A DNA stretch of 64,000 nucleotides from the human T2T-CHM13v2.0 reference genome, Homo sapiens. Location: assembly GCF_009914755.1 (NCBI RefSeq), contig NC_060934.1. One strand, given 5' to 3'. The notes below the pieces were generated by a model that saw only the letters and a program-made list of their open reading frames with translations, was not told where the DNA came from and searched no databases. Made by a program: the position numbers and the translations under genes. The stretch's first letter is position 1, and the number at the start of each line of letters is the position of its first letter. This document shows, one piece after another, positions 25,130-38,749 of this stretch.

Positions 25130-28100
25130 GGGATACACCGCCGCCGGGAGTTGCCGGGGGAGGAGGGAGACGGGGTGGCCTCAGGAGACCCGGGCTTGCG
25201 TCTCACAGGGACAGGTGCGCCTCGGGGTATCCTGGAAACCCTCGTGGGGCTTCCAGGCGCTTTGACAGCACGACCCTCAGTGACCACCAGCTGTCTCAAG
25301 CGCTTTGCAGTCAGTGCTCCCGGAAAGCATCCCTTTCTCTTCAACAAGTACAAATTACCTTTTCCTTCCACTCACCTTCCAAAACCCGGAATACCTCAAA
25401 CACCGAGCTCATTCTTAAACATTCTTAAAATTCAGATGGTCTGTCCAGAAAAAAAAAAAATTCCGTCTTAACAGAAGGTTTACTTCTGCCGAAATTATAT
25501 ACTTTATACTTTTTAAGTACAAGAAAACGGGGCTGGTGGTGAAGATTTTTCTTTTTTTGGGTAAATGTCCTATGTAGTGTAACAGCAATAAAATCATCAC
25601 AGAATACTATTAGCTTTGAAAAAAAAACTAAAAGCTTTATTACAAACCAAGCTTTGAAAATAGGGGGGATTAGGCGGCTGAAAGGGTCCCACAATGGTAA
25701 GAAGAAAAGGTTTCATGCTAATGAGGTTAATGCCCTTTGTATCTCAGGCCTCCACATCTTCATTACGCGCTATCTCCGGCTGCACGGAGCGGCTCAGAGA
25801 GCCGCAATCCACTCCAACGCCCCCCTTCCCGGCCCAAAGAAGGATTTGATAGCAGCTCTGTTCAAACTAGATAATTATATCTTTTCAAGTCGGAATTAAG
25901 ATAAAGAAAGTGAAGCAGAGGCGGCTCGCCTTGATCCACTGCAAACAAATTTGGCGCACTTTCGAGTCCTTCCTCCGCCTCAAAAAGGCAGGACAGTCAG
26001 CTTATTAGCCGCTCGTTTGCTTTATTAATTCATCTATTTAAAGTGGCAGGATTAGAGTGTCTAATGTGGACGCGGGCTGCCGTGGCGCTGAGGAATATAA
26101 ATATTTGCGAGATGCCATCCCACGATGACTATCTGGGAGTGGGGCGCGGGGCAGGGTGCGCGTGTGCCCTGCCTCTGCGTTCCCTTCGCAGTGCGCGCGT
26201 GCTGAGCTGAGCAGGGGGTTGTAGGAGCCATGAGCCGCAGGTCTATGTGCCCCTTCGTGCTATATGGGTGCCAGCCCTGGATGCTCCCGGGCAGGGCTCA
26301 ATGGGCATCGTGGGTCAGATTCTGCGCTCCTTCTGGGACACGGAGAACTGTATGCACGTTGCCATTGGGTCCTGCCTGGGACCCCTAATGGGGATGTAGG
26401 ATACAAGTTTGATCCATGTTCCGTTTCCTTGTTAATTACTTGTGGACCTTCCCTGTGGGACCCCTTGGCCAAGCGCATGTTCGGGAGAGGCACGGGTTCT
26501 CCGTTTGCGCTGCCCTGAGAGGGTCAAACGGAATCTACCAAGCGCGTGTGCCGCGGCTACGTTCTCCTGCGAAGTACACATGGGTTCCGTGTGCGTTTCT
26601 CGCGGAGGCGCCAGAAAGTCCTAGGGTGAGAGAAGCCTTCGACCTCCGAACTTCCTGGCTCTCGTTCTGGGTGTTCAGTGCTCCAAGCTCCCTCTGGCTC
26701 TGCTCCTGGCAGGCAAGCCGAGCAGGAGCTGGCGCATTGGCTGCGGCCCGGAACCTGCCGGGCCACTTTTGTGCGAGGGGCGGATTGTGGCAGCCTGAGA
26801 GCCGCGCCAGGCGGGCCAGGCAGAAAGGGGGCTCCGGCCTGCGCTCGGCTTTGGAAACCTCGGCTCCTCCCCGTCCCCGCCTCGAGTCGCAGGAAACAAA
26901 GTCTGGGACGCGCAGGCCGGCTGGGGAGGGACTCTGGCTGCTCGGAGGCCTGGCCCGGGGCCCCACTCCGTGGTGGGGGTTTTAGGGCTGGTCCAAGTCG
27001 GTGTAAGGCTGGCAGGGTGAGGGTCTGTTCTTGTGTGTTTGTATAGGGTGAGAGCACTAGTTTGTGGTATAATGGCATTTGTGTGGATTGTGGAATAGAA
27101 TTGTGTGTCTCAGCTAGGACTTTAGTCAATTTGTGTCAGTTCTAATTGTTTGAATAAGTTAAAGGCTGGAGAGGCTGGGGCTACTTATGTAGATTTGGTC
27201 AAGATGTCTAGCTGTCCTTGTGCGTCTAGATTGTTTTGAGTTAGGGCCAGCACGTGCAGTTGTGAGGCTGCAGAGTGCCTATGACGGTGTGGAAATGCAG
27301 TTTATTGAATGTGTGTGCCGCGGTCTGGTTGCACTGTGTATCTGCGAATTCGTCTGGAGTTGCACATCTCAGAAGATGGGGGTGGCCTCGGTGTGTGTGG
27401 CTTGCGGGGACGTTTCTCGGTGTTTGGATGGGGGTCCCTGTGATGGATGTCCATGCCCAGCCCTAGGGCAACATCTGTGTGTCTTGGGATCGAGGCGTGT
27501 GTGTCTAGTGAGGAGGCTTGGGCTGGGGTGTCGTTCCAGCAGCGCCCCACTAACTCCGGAGTTTGGCAAACAACAGCCGTTTTGTGTAACTGCGCATTTT
27601 TCTAGACCAGTCTTTATTATTCCAGCAATCAGCGCTGGAATTACTGGGGCGCCGCCTAGAAGCAACCGCCGGCGGGGCGGCAGAGGATGCCGGCCTCCAG
27701 CGTCGGGGGACCGCGCCCGAAAGCCGGGCTGCTTTGTGGGGCCTCTCGCGCCTCGCCCGCAGCTTCCGGCCCGCGCCCTCCGCTCGACCGCCGATTTTCT
27801 CGCCCCAGCCAGCCCCGTAGCCAGAGGAAAGTGGGAGTTTTGAGAACCCTCTGACCCCAGCCGTGACCCCTCTCCGGGAGGTGGCTTCTCCCGCAGGACC
27901 CGGTGCGCCAGAAAACTCTAGGCGGCGCCACGCTTGGAAGCGCAAGGTCCATTCATCAGCCGCGCCCCAGCGTCTAATTGGCCTTTTGTTTATTAGTGTC
28001 TGTTGCCCGGCTGGGAGTCTCCGGAGGGCCCCGGAGCTGCGAGTCGGGGTGCCAGAAGCGGACGGCGGGCCAGCGCCCAGAGCTGGGGTCCGGGTAGGGC

Positions 28101-28430
28101 AGAGGCGCGTCGCACTCCTCTGAGGGGGCGCCAGAGCGCGCCAAAGATCACGCCCACGTGCGGAGATGCGCGCATGGAGGCTGGACTCCAAGTGCTGGAG
28201 CCTGGTCCTCCCGGCTGCTAACGCCCCAGGCTTCGCCCCTGCCCCCACCTCCACCTGCAGACCGAGCCCTCCCCATCTCTCCACACCCTCAGGATTTCAG
28301 ACCCGCCTTCCTGCCTCTCCTAAGTACCCATCCCAGGCGCTGGCCTTGTGGCTCGGTTCCGCTCACGTCCCGCCCTTCCTCGTTCTTCGTGCTTCGAGTT
28401 CATTAGTCGTGGCTCCGCCGCTAACCCCGG
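25130..28430. promoter_or_regulatory. downstream CpG-rich region / islands
   Basis: CpG-dense segments at about 25130-25330, 25760-26960 and 27630-28430 with no supported coding exon. Confidence 0.75.
25560..26100. promoter_or_regulatory. candidate forebrain enhancer block 2, 3' of EMX2
   Basis: TCF-type CTTTGAA 25614-25620 and 25652-25658 and CTTTGTA 25735-25741; OTX GGATTA 25667-25672 and 26049-26054; SOX ACAATGG 25691-25697; POU-like ATGCTAAT 25715-25722. Confidence 0.65.
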
Positions 28431-29039
28431 GGAGAAAGCTCCCCTTTTACTCTGGGTTTCCCTCCCTAAACACCAACCCGGCAGTATGGAGCCAGCCTCC
28501 TGCTTCGCTGGGTGGTGTGATTGAGAGAATGTTTTTGGCAAGGCAGGGAGAGAGGGACGAGACAGAGCACTCAAAATTCCACCTTCCTCACCAAGTCAAA
28601 CCTCACCTTCCGATCCCTATCTCCCACCCAGTGTTCAATCTCCACATCGAGCCTCGCCATCCTCCTCCCTACCCCACACTTACTGCCCCTCCTCCCATTC
28701 CCGAGAGACAGTACAGAAGTAAGGTCTCCATTCCCAGCACAGGCACAAAGGCCAAGATGCACCTGGGGGTCCTGAAGGTGCTTGGGATGGGCATGCGGTC
28801 TCATTTGGAAAATGACTTGAGGATGATTGGCCTCGCCTGGCGGTGGCCTGGCTGCCAGCAACGTCTGGATGGCTGGGCCTCAGCCTGGCCCCAGACGTCC
28901 CCTGCTCCCAGCCAGCTCCAGGCCCTATATATAGCACGGGTCTCCATAGCCCTGGCTGGACCCTGACGTCAGAAAGAACTTGATCTTGCCTGCTTCGCTC
29001 CTGCTTCTGAAACTGATCCTTGAAATGAGAGAACAGACT

Positions 29040-29290
29040 CTACACAATTCCCATGGCCTTGACATAAGGTACAGCGATAAATATACACCACTAATGAGCA
29101 ATTACCATATAATCACCTTCCAATTAGCTCGCATAATGATGAATTAAACATTCTAGCAGGCGGGATTAGGTTTCTTACTTTGTATATTATTTACGAAGGC
29201 TATAGCTTCTGCAAAGAACCAAATATCAAATTAGATGGGGGAATTTTCACTTGGGGGTAATTATGCATTCAGGCCAGCGGCTGTGTTCTG
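29040..29290. promoter_or_regulatory. candidate enhancer (homeodomain-motif cluster)
   Basis: Non-repetitive AT-rich block in GC-rich surroundings with about 10 TAAT/ATTA cores (CTAATG, CAATTA, GAATTA, GGATTA, TAATTA) and TTTACG. Confidence 0.5.
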
Positions 29291-31662
29291 GTCACTTGTC
29301 AACTGAGGCCTCCTGCAAGGTACTGACCAGTGCTTTTGGGCATTTATTTTCCTTTTTTTCCCTCTCTCTCTTTAAGTTGCAATTGCCTTTTCCTTTTCCT
29401 TTTACTACTCTGGCCCGTGAGGTGAGAGGCTGGGGACACTGAGGCGGGGCACTAGGTGGGGTTTGGGGAGGGACCTCAGAGAGGATGTGGTGCAGGCATC
29501 AGGCCCTGTCCTTCTGGCCCCATTCGCTTGGCTCTTGTTCCCGTTTCTCTCCAGCCCAAGAAGGATGCCTGAGCAATCGGCTCTGCACAGCTACTGAGCA
29601 CAGGGCCAGCGCGGCTGCCCACTCACCTAATGCCAGGGGCTTCCTCCCGCTGCACCTGGTGCCACCGCCTGACATTCCTTAGGCCCCCCCGGGGCCTCAG
29701 TGCAGTCTATGCCAACTTTTACCCCCACTCCCACCCCAGTAACAGGGAGAGAAAGGATACGGGGAGTTGAGAAACCAACGACAAACCTCCACATCGCCCG
29801 CAGCCACCTCTCTTGTTCGGAAATGAATTTTGGCAAGAGATTAGTTCCTAATCTGATCTAACGCTGCTGACATTTGGGAAGAAGATGAAAATGGCAGCTC
29901 AATTTCATTCTGAAACAGGGTCACTTCGCAGGGCTCTGCTCTTCAGAGAATGTGGACGCCCCTCCCCTCCCCTAAAACAGAAGAGCTAGAGGGGCAGCCA
30001 TGCCAGGGACTGCCCATCCCCAGGTCAGCCAGAGCCCCTGGGCCCTGGGCCTGTCTGCGGTTGAATGGCGGGAGTGGAGGGAGGCTGTCTGGGCTGGGGC
30101 CACTGCCTGCGTCCTCTGCTGTCTGCCTTCAGGGCACTGCGCTTGCACACAGATAGGGGCTCCTGGGCACCCATAGAAGACTCTTTAGGCTAGAGAGCCT
30201 CTTTCTTGTAGGGAGGCCCTGGGGAAGGTAAAAAGTTTCAGGAGTCACCAGTGGAGTAATTAAAGGAAGATGTCCCCAGGGCCTGTGGGGGTACTTTCCC
30301 CTGTGCTTACTGGGTAAGTAAAAGCACAGCTAGGGCTGGGTGGCTGGCATTGGCTGAGGGTCTGGCTTACTTGGAAGCCATGGGTCTGGAGACAGCTACT
30401 CTGGCACTTGGCTCCATGAGGCTGCAAGGTCCTCCTGGAGGCAGAGCTCTCCCTATCCCCCGCTTCCCTGCTTTCTCCCAGACACACACTCACCCACTGC
30501 AAACCCAAGAGGTGGGTGGGCCATGTTCTTGGTCACCTAGCAGAGCCCACCATGTCCAGCCTTTGTCCTCAACAGGGGCCACTCTGGCAGTGGCCTCATC
30601 CTGGGTCAGGTAAGAGAGGGCAGGTAAGTCAGTTGTTGGGGGACCTGCCCGGTCACTGGATCTTGTTCCTGAGGGATCAGGCACTTCTGAGACCTTGTCT
30701 GTGGGGTGCAGGGCCTGGAATGGGGGTTGAGGGCATCATCATCAGCTCAGGTCAAGGCCAAGCAGGAGAATCTGTGCCTGGGTCCCTAGGAAGGGGTGTG
30801 CTAATGAAGAAAGTTCTGTGCCATGTACCTTGCATGCTGGTGGCTGCATATGTATGAGTGGCTATACCTGAATATGCTTGTACAGCATGCAACTTTGAAC
30901 ACGTGGATCACAAACATGTATGTAAGTGTGCACGTGACCGTGGGGGTTGGGGTTGCTGTAGCCCATACTGCGTCTTTGTGCAGCTTAGAAAAAGGCATCC
31001 CTTCTTCTGGGTGGAAGGCACCCTTTTCTCTCCTGTGGCTTGCCAAGTGGAATGTGAGCTGGATTTCAGCAGAGCACCCCGTCACCCATCCTTTTGTCCA
31101 GACTTCTTAAGCAGTACACAATCTCGAGTCCATAAACTCAAACTCTGGTGGAGACGTCTGTGTGTTGGGTGTGGTATTATCCAAGGGTGACTTTATTATT
31201 GAGAATCAGCTTTATTCCTAGGAGTCCCTCCTTCAGTGGCACCTAGCTAGGGACTGCCTCTTGCCCCCTTTGCAGTACGGAGGACCTGAAGAGCAACAGC
31301 CACCACCATCTTGGACCCTTAAAGCCCCTGATCAGTATGTAAGCCTGGTAAGCACAGGTACATTTGCACTTGTGAGTGGGGCTGAGTAACAGAGTACATG
31401 TGTATGGATGGATGTTCGGAAGTGTGAATATTTGTGTGTGTGAGTATAGGTGGGCACAGGGGTGACCATGAGGGTGGAGAGGGCATGATTGGACATGTTT
31501 GTGGGAGCCACAGTGAGGTGCATGGTTGCGGGGTACAGCTGGCTTCTCTGTGGTGGCTCCCCCAGCCTCACACAGGCATAGCCCCCCTCCGGCCATGGTG
31601 GTCTGCTTCCTAAAGGGCTCACTGCCACTCCTCTCCTTGACCCACTCTAAATGACTGCAATT

Positions 31663-32050
<388 letters not shown>

Positions 32051-33167
32051 TTATTAAGTAAACAGCACCATGTTGACTCAAATGTCACTTTCTATACTTG
32101 CCGTTTAGGGGCAGCACAAAGGGACTTAAGCAGCTACAAGGCCCCTGGGTGGTGGTGTCATTCAGGGTTTATTGAAAGCCAGAGCCCTTTAAAGGCCCAC
32201 CTTCTCTGCCTACACCCTATGGCACCCCACAACCTGCTTCCCTCTCAAATCTTGTTTTCATAGCTGAAAAGGAGACTTTATTTATAATATACTGAATATG
32301 CTAGACCACATCCACTTGTCAGCCTCAGGAGGGTAGAGGAAGAGAGCATGTGTGGGCCTGTGTGTACACATGTGAGGGGTATGGGTGTGTACCAATGATC
32401 TAAGCCCATTAGCTGTTCGTGGAAACCCCAGGAAGGGTAATCTCTAGAGGGGTCACTTGGTTCTTTGCCCCAGGGAAGGGAATAGGTGAGCCAGGAGCCT
32501 CTGGGAGTCTAGCATCCAAGTCTCATGCTCATTTCGGAAGCTCTCTCCCCACCTCTGGCCTTGAGTTAGATTGTAGGCCAGCCTGTGGGCAGGAGTAAAT
32601 AGCCACTGCTTCTGCTTCAAATGCCTACTCAGTGCCAGCACTTCATGAACATTACGGCTGTCTGCCCCCCACCCCTACCCCCATGGGTCAGGCCCTAGTT
32701 ACCTGCCCTCCCTGCTCACTGCCCTTTCTGGCCTCTCCTTCTATTGCAGACTAGTGGATGATGGGAGGCACTTGGGGAGGGAGAGGACCTTGTGGTAGTT
32801 CCTTCCCGGCATCATGACTCGCTCTCTCATCCTGGTGAAAGGGACCAAGCCAATGGGTGTAGAGGTGTCACTATAAAGAGACAGGATCCAGCATAGCCCT
32901 GTCCTGAACCTTCCTGCTTCCAGTCTGATCATGATTTTCGCCCATTTCCCCGTGTCTGCTTGCTTGAGGCCACAGACGGGGCTGTGCCCAGGAAGGGGAA
33001 AGTTTTTCCCCTGAGTCCTGTACCTTCTCTCAACCATCCAGCCCTTCCTTCCTTCCTTCCTTCCTTTCATAATATTTGTTTAACTTAGAGAGATTTATTC
33101 CACAAATGAACTCATTCATATGTGAAGTGACATATATATATAAGATTATTATCATTATTATTATCAT

Positions 33168-33461
<294 letters not shown>

Positions 33462-34363
33462 TGAGATTAATTATTAAGTGCTGTTAGCTATAGGGAAATA
33501 TTTGAAGCAATCAAAATGTTCATTGCTAGGGGATTGGTAACGTAATTTATCCTAGGATGGGATGTTATGCAGTAGTTAAAAACAAAGAAGCATAATTTGT
33601 GTTCTAATATGGGAAGCTCTTTAAGATATGTAACTGTTAATTGATAAAAGCAAAAGGAGTGTGCATGGAATATCATTACTATAAAAGAAATACATATGGG
33701 TGTGTATTTGTTGTGAAACTTGCTTGTAATATTCCTAGCAGGATACAAGAGGGACTGGTAAAGTGGATTCCACAGTCTTTCTTGAATGCTATGGCATGCT
33801 TTCCTCCAGTACCTGGCCGCTCCTCTCCAGATGCAACTCTGTCCCTCTTGAGTGGTTAATGGACCATTTGCAAAGGGATTCTCAGAATGGAGCATCATAA
33901 TCCAGCTGATCCCCTCCAGTTCTATGTAGAGCAGGACTCTCCCATTCCTTGCCTTTAGCCACCGTCCTGTTAATGCAGTCCACAAGGGCACTGGCTTTTT
34001 TTGGCAACCAAGATTTGGACAAAGTTATAGAAATTGGCCAGCCCAGCTTCCCTTCCATGAAAGACTCCTACAGGAGGTCCCACTGGTGGTCATGCAGGCT
34101 GGGCTTGGATATTTCCATGCTGAGAAGCTCTCTACCTCCCACGGTTGCATAGTCTCTTCTAAAACAGTAGAGTTTTAGGATTTTCCTTGAGCTCTGGAGA
34201 ACAAGTTTTACCTCTCTGGAGTTTAAACTGGAGTTGAGTCAGTTGTTTGAAGCACTGCTCCCTTGTTTGCCTACCCACTCCGCCCATTATTATGAAGAAA
34301 ATGCAAATTTATACAACAGTAGAGTGAATAGTGTAATGCATACATCTCCCATCTTCAGTAATT

Positions 34364-34927
34364 ATGTGATGGATTGAATTGTGACGCTCCCTCAAATTTA
34401 CGTGTTGAAATCCTTACCCCAATTACCTCACAATGTGAACTCATTTGGAGATGGGGGCTTTATAAAGGTAATCAAGTCAAAAGGAGATAGCTAGAGCAGG
34501 CCCTAATTCAGTGTGACTGGTGACCTTACAAGAAGAGGAAGTTTGGTGGCTTGTCTTGGATCACACCTGTAATCCCAGCACTTTAGGAAGCAGAGGCAGG
34601 AGGAACACCTGAGTCCAGGAGTTCAAAACCAGCCTGGGCAACATAGTCAGACCATCTATCTAAAAAAAAATAAAAAATAAAAATAAAAAAAAGAAAAGGA
34701 AGCTTGGACATAGACAGACCCAGAGGGAAAATGATGTGACGATCCAAGGAGAAGATGGCTGTCTACAAACCCAGACCTGGAATAAAGCCTTTCCTCGGCA
34801 GGACCAGTACTGCCGACAACTCCGTCTTGGATTTCCAGCCTCCAGAGCTGTGAGAAAATAAATTTCTGTTGTTTAAACCACACAGTCTGGTGGTTTAAAC
34901 AACAGCAGTCTTAGCTTGCTAATTACA
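34364..34927 (+). mobile_element. MLT1 (ERVL-MaLR) solo LTR interrupted by an Alu monomer
   Basis: Starts TGTGATGGATTGAATTGTG...tgttgaaatcc; contains ccagcctccagagctgtgagaaaataaatttctgttgtttaa; ends ctaattaca. Confidence 0.8.
34546..34695 (+). mobile_element. FLAM / Alu left monomer
   Basis: cacacctgtaatcccagcactttagg...ccagcctgggcaacatag followed by an A-rich tail. Confidence 0.8.
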
Positions 34928-37167
34928 AATGATCAAGTGAAGGTCAATCTAGTTCCATCTACCCTTCCCAGTCTCTCACCAGCCCAGGCTATTTTGGAGC
35001 AAATTCCAGACATTGTATCTTGTCCTTAGTAACCATGTTAGGATGTATCTCTAACAGGATTCTTTTGAAAGCTTAACCGCAGTACCACGATTCTTTAATA
35101 ATTTGACTGTCCCAAGAGGGGATGCCCCACAGGATGAGCAGACGCCTGTGTGGTGACTGCTGCCCAGCTGGCATGGACTCTGAGCTCTGTCCAGAATTCA
35201 GTCTCCACTTTCCCCAAAGATGAGATCCCTGTTGGATCCAGGTAAACCAGACTCTCCAGCCCTGGTCCTGGGAAGGGGGCTCTCCTACTGGGTGGAGCCT
35301 GGTGATGCTGCCCATTTCTGCCATTCCCACCCTGCCCAGCTCCCCTGACTAAGCTCATGTAATTTCAGGTATACAGCAAGAACACTTCTAGGATCTGTGG
35401 GTCTCATTTAACAAGATGCTCTCCAAAATTTCCAGAAACATTCCCCAAAGCAGCAAATGCTAAGTAGAACTAAAAATACGTATGCAATTCTGGCTGGGTG
35501 TGGTGTGTGGCCTCTGTGTGTGTGTGTGTTTAGGGGGAAACGTGGATGCCTCCCCCTTCCTCTGTGGGACATGAATCTTGATGTTGCCAGTCTGGCCATA
35601 CTGTGGACATCAGCAGGGCTACAGGGGTCTCAGGAGGAGGGCTTTGCTCTCTTACCTGGGGCCTTGGGTGCCTGTGGTCATGGTCCTGTCCCCCTTGGGT
35701 GCCAGCAGCTTTAGCCACTATCTCCCCTGCTATGTCGCAGCACAGATTAACCATGGGAACCAGGCCCCAGCAGGAGCTGGCAGCCCAGAGTAACCAGGAT
35801 AGCTGAGGCAGAACCTAGGTGGAGTTGCTCATGTCCTAGAGCTGCCTCCCAGAGAGGGCCCACTAGGGAGGAACCCACTGGGAGGGTTAGCCTGGGAGTG
35901 TCCTCCTAGTCGCTCTGTGAACACCTCCGAAGGACCTTTCTAAGGTTTCTGGCATGCAGGTTGCTTCCAGCGAGCAGCTAGCTAGCCAGGGCTGCCTTCT
36001 GCTGTTCTGGGCTGCTGGGGGGGTCTGTGGCCCTGGAAACCACAGCTATGGGGCTGTAGCCTCTCTGAGCAGAGCCAAGTGAGGCTCCAGTCTCCTCTGG
36101 CAGTGGCTGTATTGTCAAGTAGCATACAAGCAATTACACCCATGGCAGCTCAGTTGCACCCTAAGCAAATTAGGTGCTGATCCAAAGGTGTAATTAAGCA
36201 ATAGTGAGTGCAATTTAGCAATTGCAAGTGCCTTCCTCACTAGTACAGCAATCACAGGCCCATTCAAAGACCTGTTGGAGGCCCATTTTGTTTCTACGAC
36301 CCTGCCTGTGCTAAGTCCAGACCTCGAAGCCAAGTTCTGTTGGCTAAGAAAGATCTCGAAGCCAAGTTCTGTTTGATTTCTAAATATTGGGGGAGAACTT
36401 TGGATGTGTCAAGGTGCCAAACATAATTAACATTCCTTAGAAACAAAACACACAACAAGCCTGCTATTGTTTTTTTTTAATTATACGTCTTCTGATATAA
36501 AACAATCCCTTGGTGTTGGTGATGTGTTGATTAATTATCCCAGACAGTTCCTTCTGAAAGTTAGGATATGTGTTTCTTGACCTCCTTCTCCATTTCAAGG
36601 TAGCCAACCTATCGAGTTTCCTCAAGTGCGTTGTCATTACCTGTGCTGGAAAAGTGGAGGGAGAAATGGATATCCTTGGGTGGTGGTGGGGCCAGGCTGG
36701 CCTGTGGGCTTTCGGGGGCTTTGTAGGCTTTGGGGCTAGGGGTCTGGGTGGCTTTCTAGGTGGACCCAGGGGAGCCAGGTCTGCAGCCCCCATGTGTGCC
36801 CTAGATAGAGGGCCCAGTGGGGAGGGCCCAGTGCTTGCCATGCCTGGTGGGTGAGGACGGAGCAGTGTGGCGTTTGTCTGCAGACTCTGGACCCTCCAGT
36901 CACGAAGTCCCTGGTGACTTGCTGAGCAGACTCTCCCATGGCCACTCCCCATGGACCACTCACTTTCTGCTACCCTTTTCTGCGTTTCTGAGTCCTCCTG
37001 TGAGCCCCTGAGAGGCATGCCAAGGTGAGGCTGCAGCTGACACAAGACCTGACCTGAGAGAGCCACAGGGTGGCAGCCAGGAGAGGGGCCCGAGTCTTGG
37101 CAGGTGTGTGCGGGTAATTCTGTGGGTGCTGAGGGGAGGGGAGAGGCCCCTCCAAAGAGCCATGAAG

Positions 37168-38140
37168 GTGTATGTGTGCGCACATGCACAAATGTGTGTG
37201 TGTGTGGGGCTATGTGTGGTTGCTCATGTGTTTATATAGGGGACTGTGTGGGTGCTTATGTGTGTGTGTATGGATGTATGTTTGAGCATGTGTATGAGTG
37301 TGCATAGGTGTGTATGTGTGTATATGGGTGTGTGTGGGTGTGTACATGTGTGTATGCATATGTGTACAGGTGTGTCTGTATGAGTGTGCATGCGTATGGG
37401 TAGGTGTGTATGAGTGTGTATCAGTGTGTGGGGATGTGTCTGTGTGTATATGGATGTGTGCATGTATATACAAGTAGGCATGTGGGTGTGCATGTGTGTC
37501 CGTGGGTGTGTGTGTCTGTGCATGTGTGTCTGTGGGTGTGTGGGTGTGCATGCATGTCTGTGGGTGTGCATGTGGGTTCGTGGGTGTGTGTGGGTGTGCA
37601 TGTGTGTCTCTGGGTATGTTGGTATGTATGTGTGTGGGTGTGTGGGTGTGCATGTGTGTCTATGGGTGTGTGGGTGTGCATGTGTGTGCGTATGTGGGGG
37701 TGTATGTGTCTGTGTGTGTGGGTGTGCGTGTGTGTCTGTGTGTATGTGGGGATGCGAATGTGTGTCCATGGGTGCATATGGGTGTTCATGTGTGTCTGTG
37801 GGTGTGTGTGGGTGTGCATGTGTGTTCGTGGGTGTGGGGGGTCTGCATATGTGTCTGTGTGTGCATGTATGTCTATGGGTGTGTGGGTGTGCGTGTGTGT
37901 CTGTGTGTGTGGTGTGTGTGAGTGTGCATGTGTGTGCATACGTGTGGGTGTGCTTGTGTGTCCATGGGTGCATGTGGGTGTTCATGTGTGTCTGTGGGTG
38001 TGTGTGGGTGTGCATGTGTGCCTTGGGTGTGTGGGTGTGCATGTGTGTTTGTGGGTGTGCATGTGTGTCTATGGGTGTGTGGGTGTGCATGTGTGTGTAT
38101 GGATGTGTCTGGGTAGTGTGTAGGTGTGTGTGTGTGTGTT
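37168..38140. repeat. degenerate GT-rich minisatellite (units like GTGTGTGGGTGTGCATGTGT)
   Basis: About 970 bp of TG/TGG/GCAT repeats; explains the His/Thr-rich and Cys/Val-rich ORFs. Confidence 0.92.
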
Positions 38141-38749
38141 GGGGAGATGAATGAGGGTGGGAACATTTTCTGTCGCAGTTTCCTTTTAAGCACCTGGTCT
38201 CGGTGTGGCTCATAGGGGCCTAATGTTCCTGCCTCTGTGCCCTCACGGGTAGCACTTCCTTGCCTTGCCCACCATCATTTCCCTAACCTGCTGACCCCAG
38301 TGGTTCCCTCCCTCTAAATCTGTAAGCCCAGTCTCTCCAACAGGCAGTAAGAACGCGGCGCGAGGGAATGGGGCTGGTCCTTGCCCCTCTTGGTTGCCCT
38401 TTGGTGGTCGGTCCTTCTAGGGGCGCTCAGTCTCTTCTTCTGTCCTTCCTGCCCCACCGCCCCTCCTCCTGCCCCTCTCTCAGTCCTGCCTTCCCCATCA
38501 CCTCTGCCTGTCTCTGTGTGGCTCTCTGAGTGTCTACTTTTCCTGCCTGATTACACAAAATATCTGAAGTGGCCCTCAGGGAATAGAATTAAACTTTATT
38601 AATACATTTGTGGTATAAACACATTATAATGTAAAAATAAAACAGTAAGAAATCAATATGGGAAAACCATAAATTAAAACAGTCAAGACCAGGGGAAAGT
38701 TAGAAGGCAGGTATAAGATTTTGAGTATTCACGGCAACAGTGCTTGTGA

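Noticed and set aside
36323-36373. Short direct repeats with spacers resembling a CRISPR-like array
   Set aside because: Only two units, in mammalian DNA, with no cas genes; an ordinary tandem duplication.
37210-38213. His/Thr-rich and Cys/Val-rich ORFs up to 329 aa
   Set aside because: Artefacts of the GT-rich minisatellite, which is open in nearly all frames.
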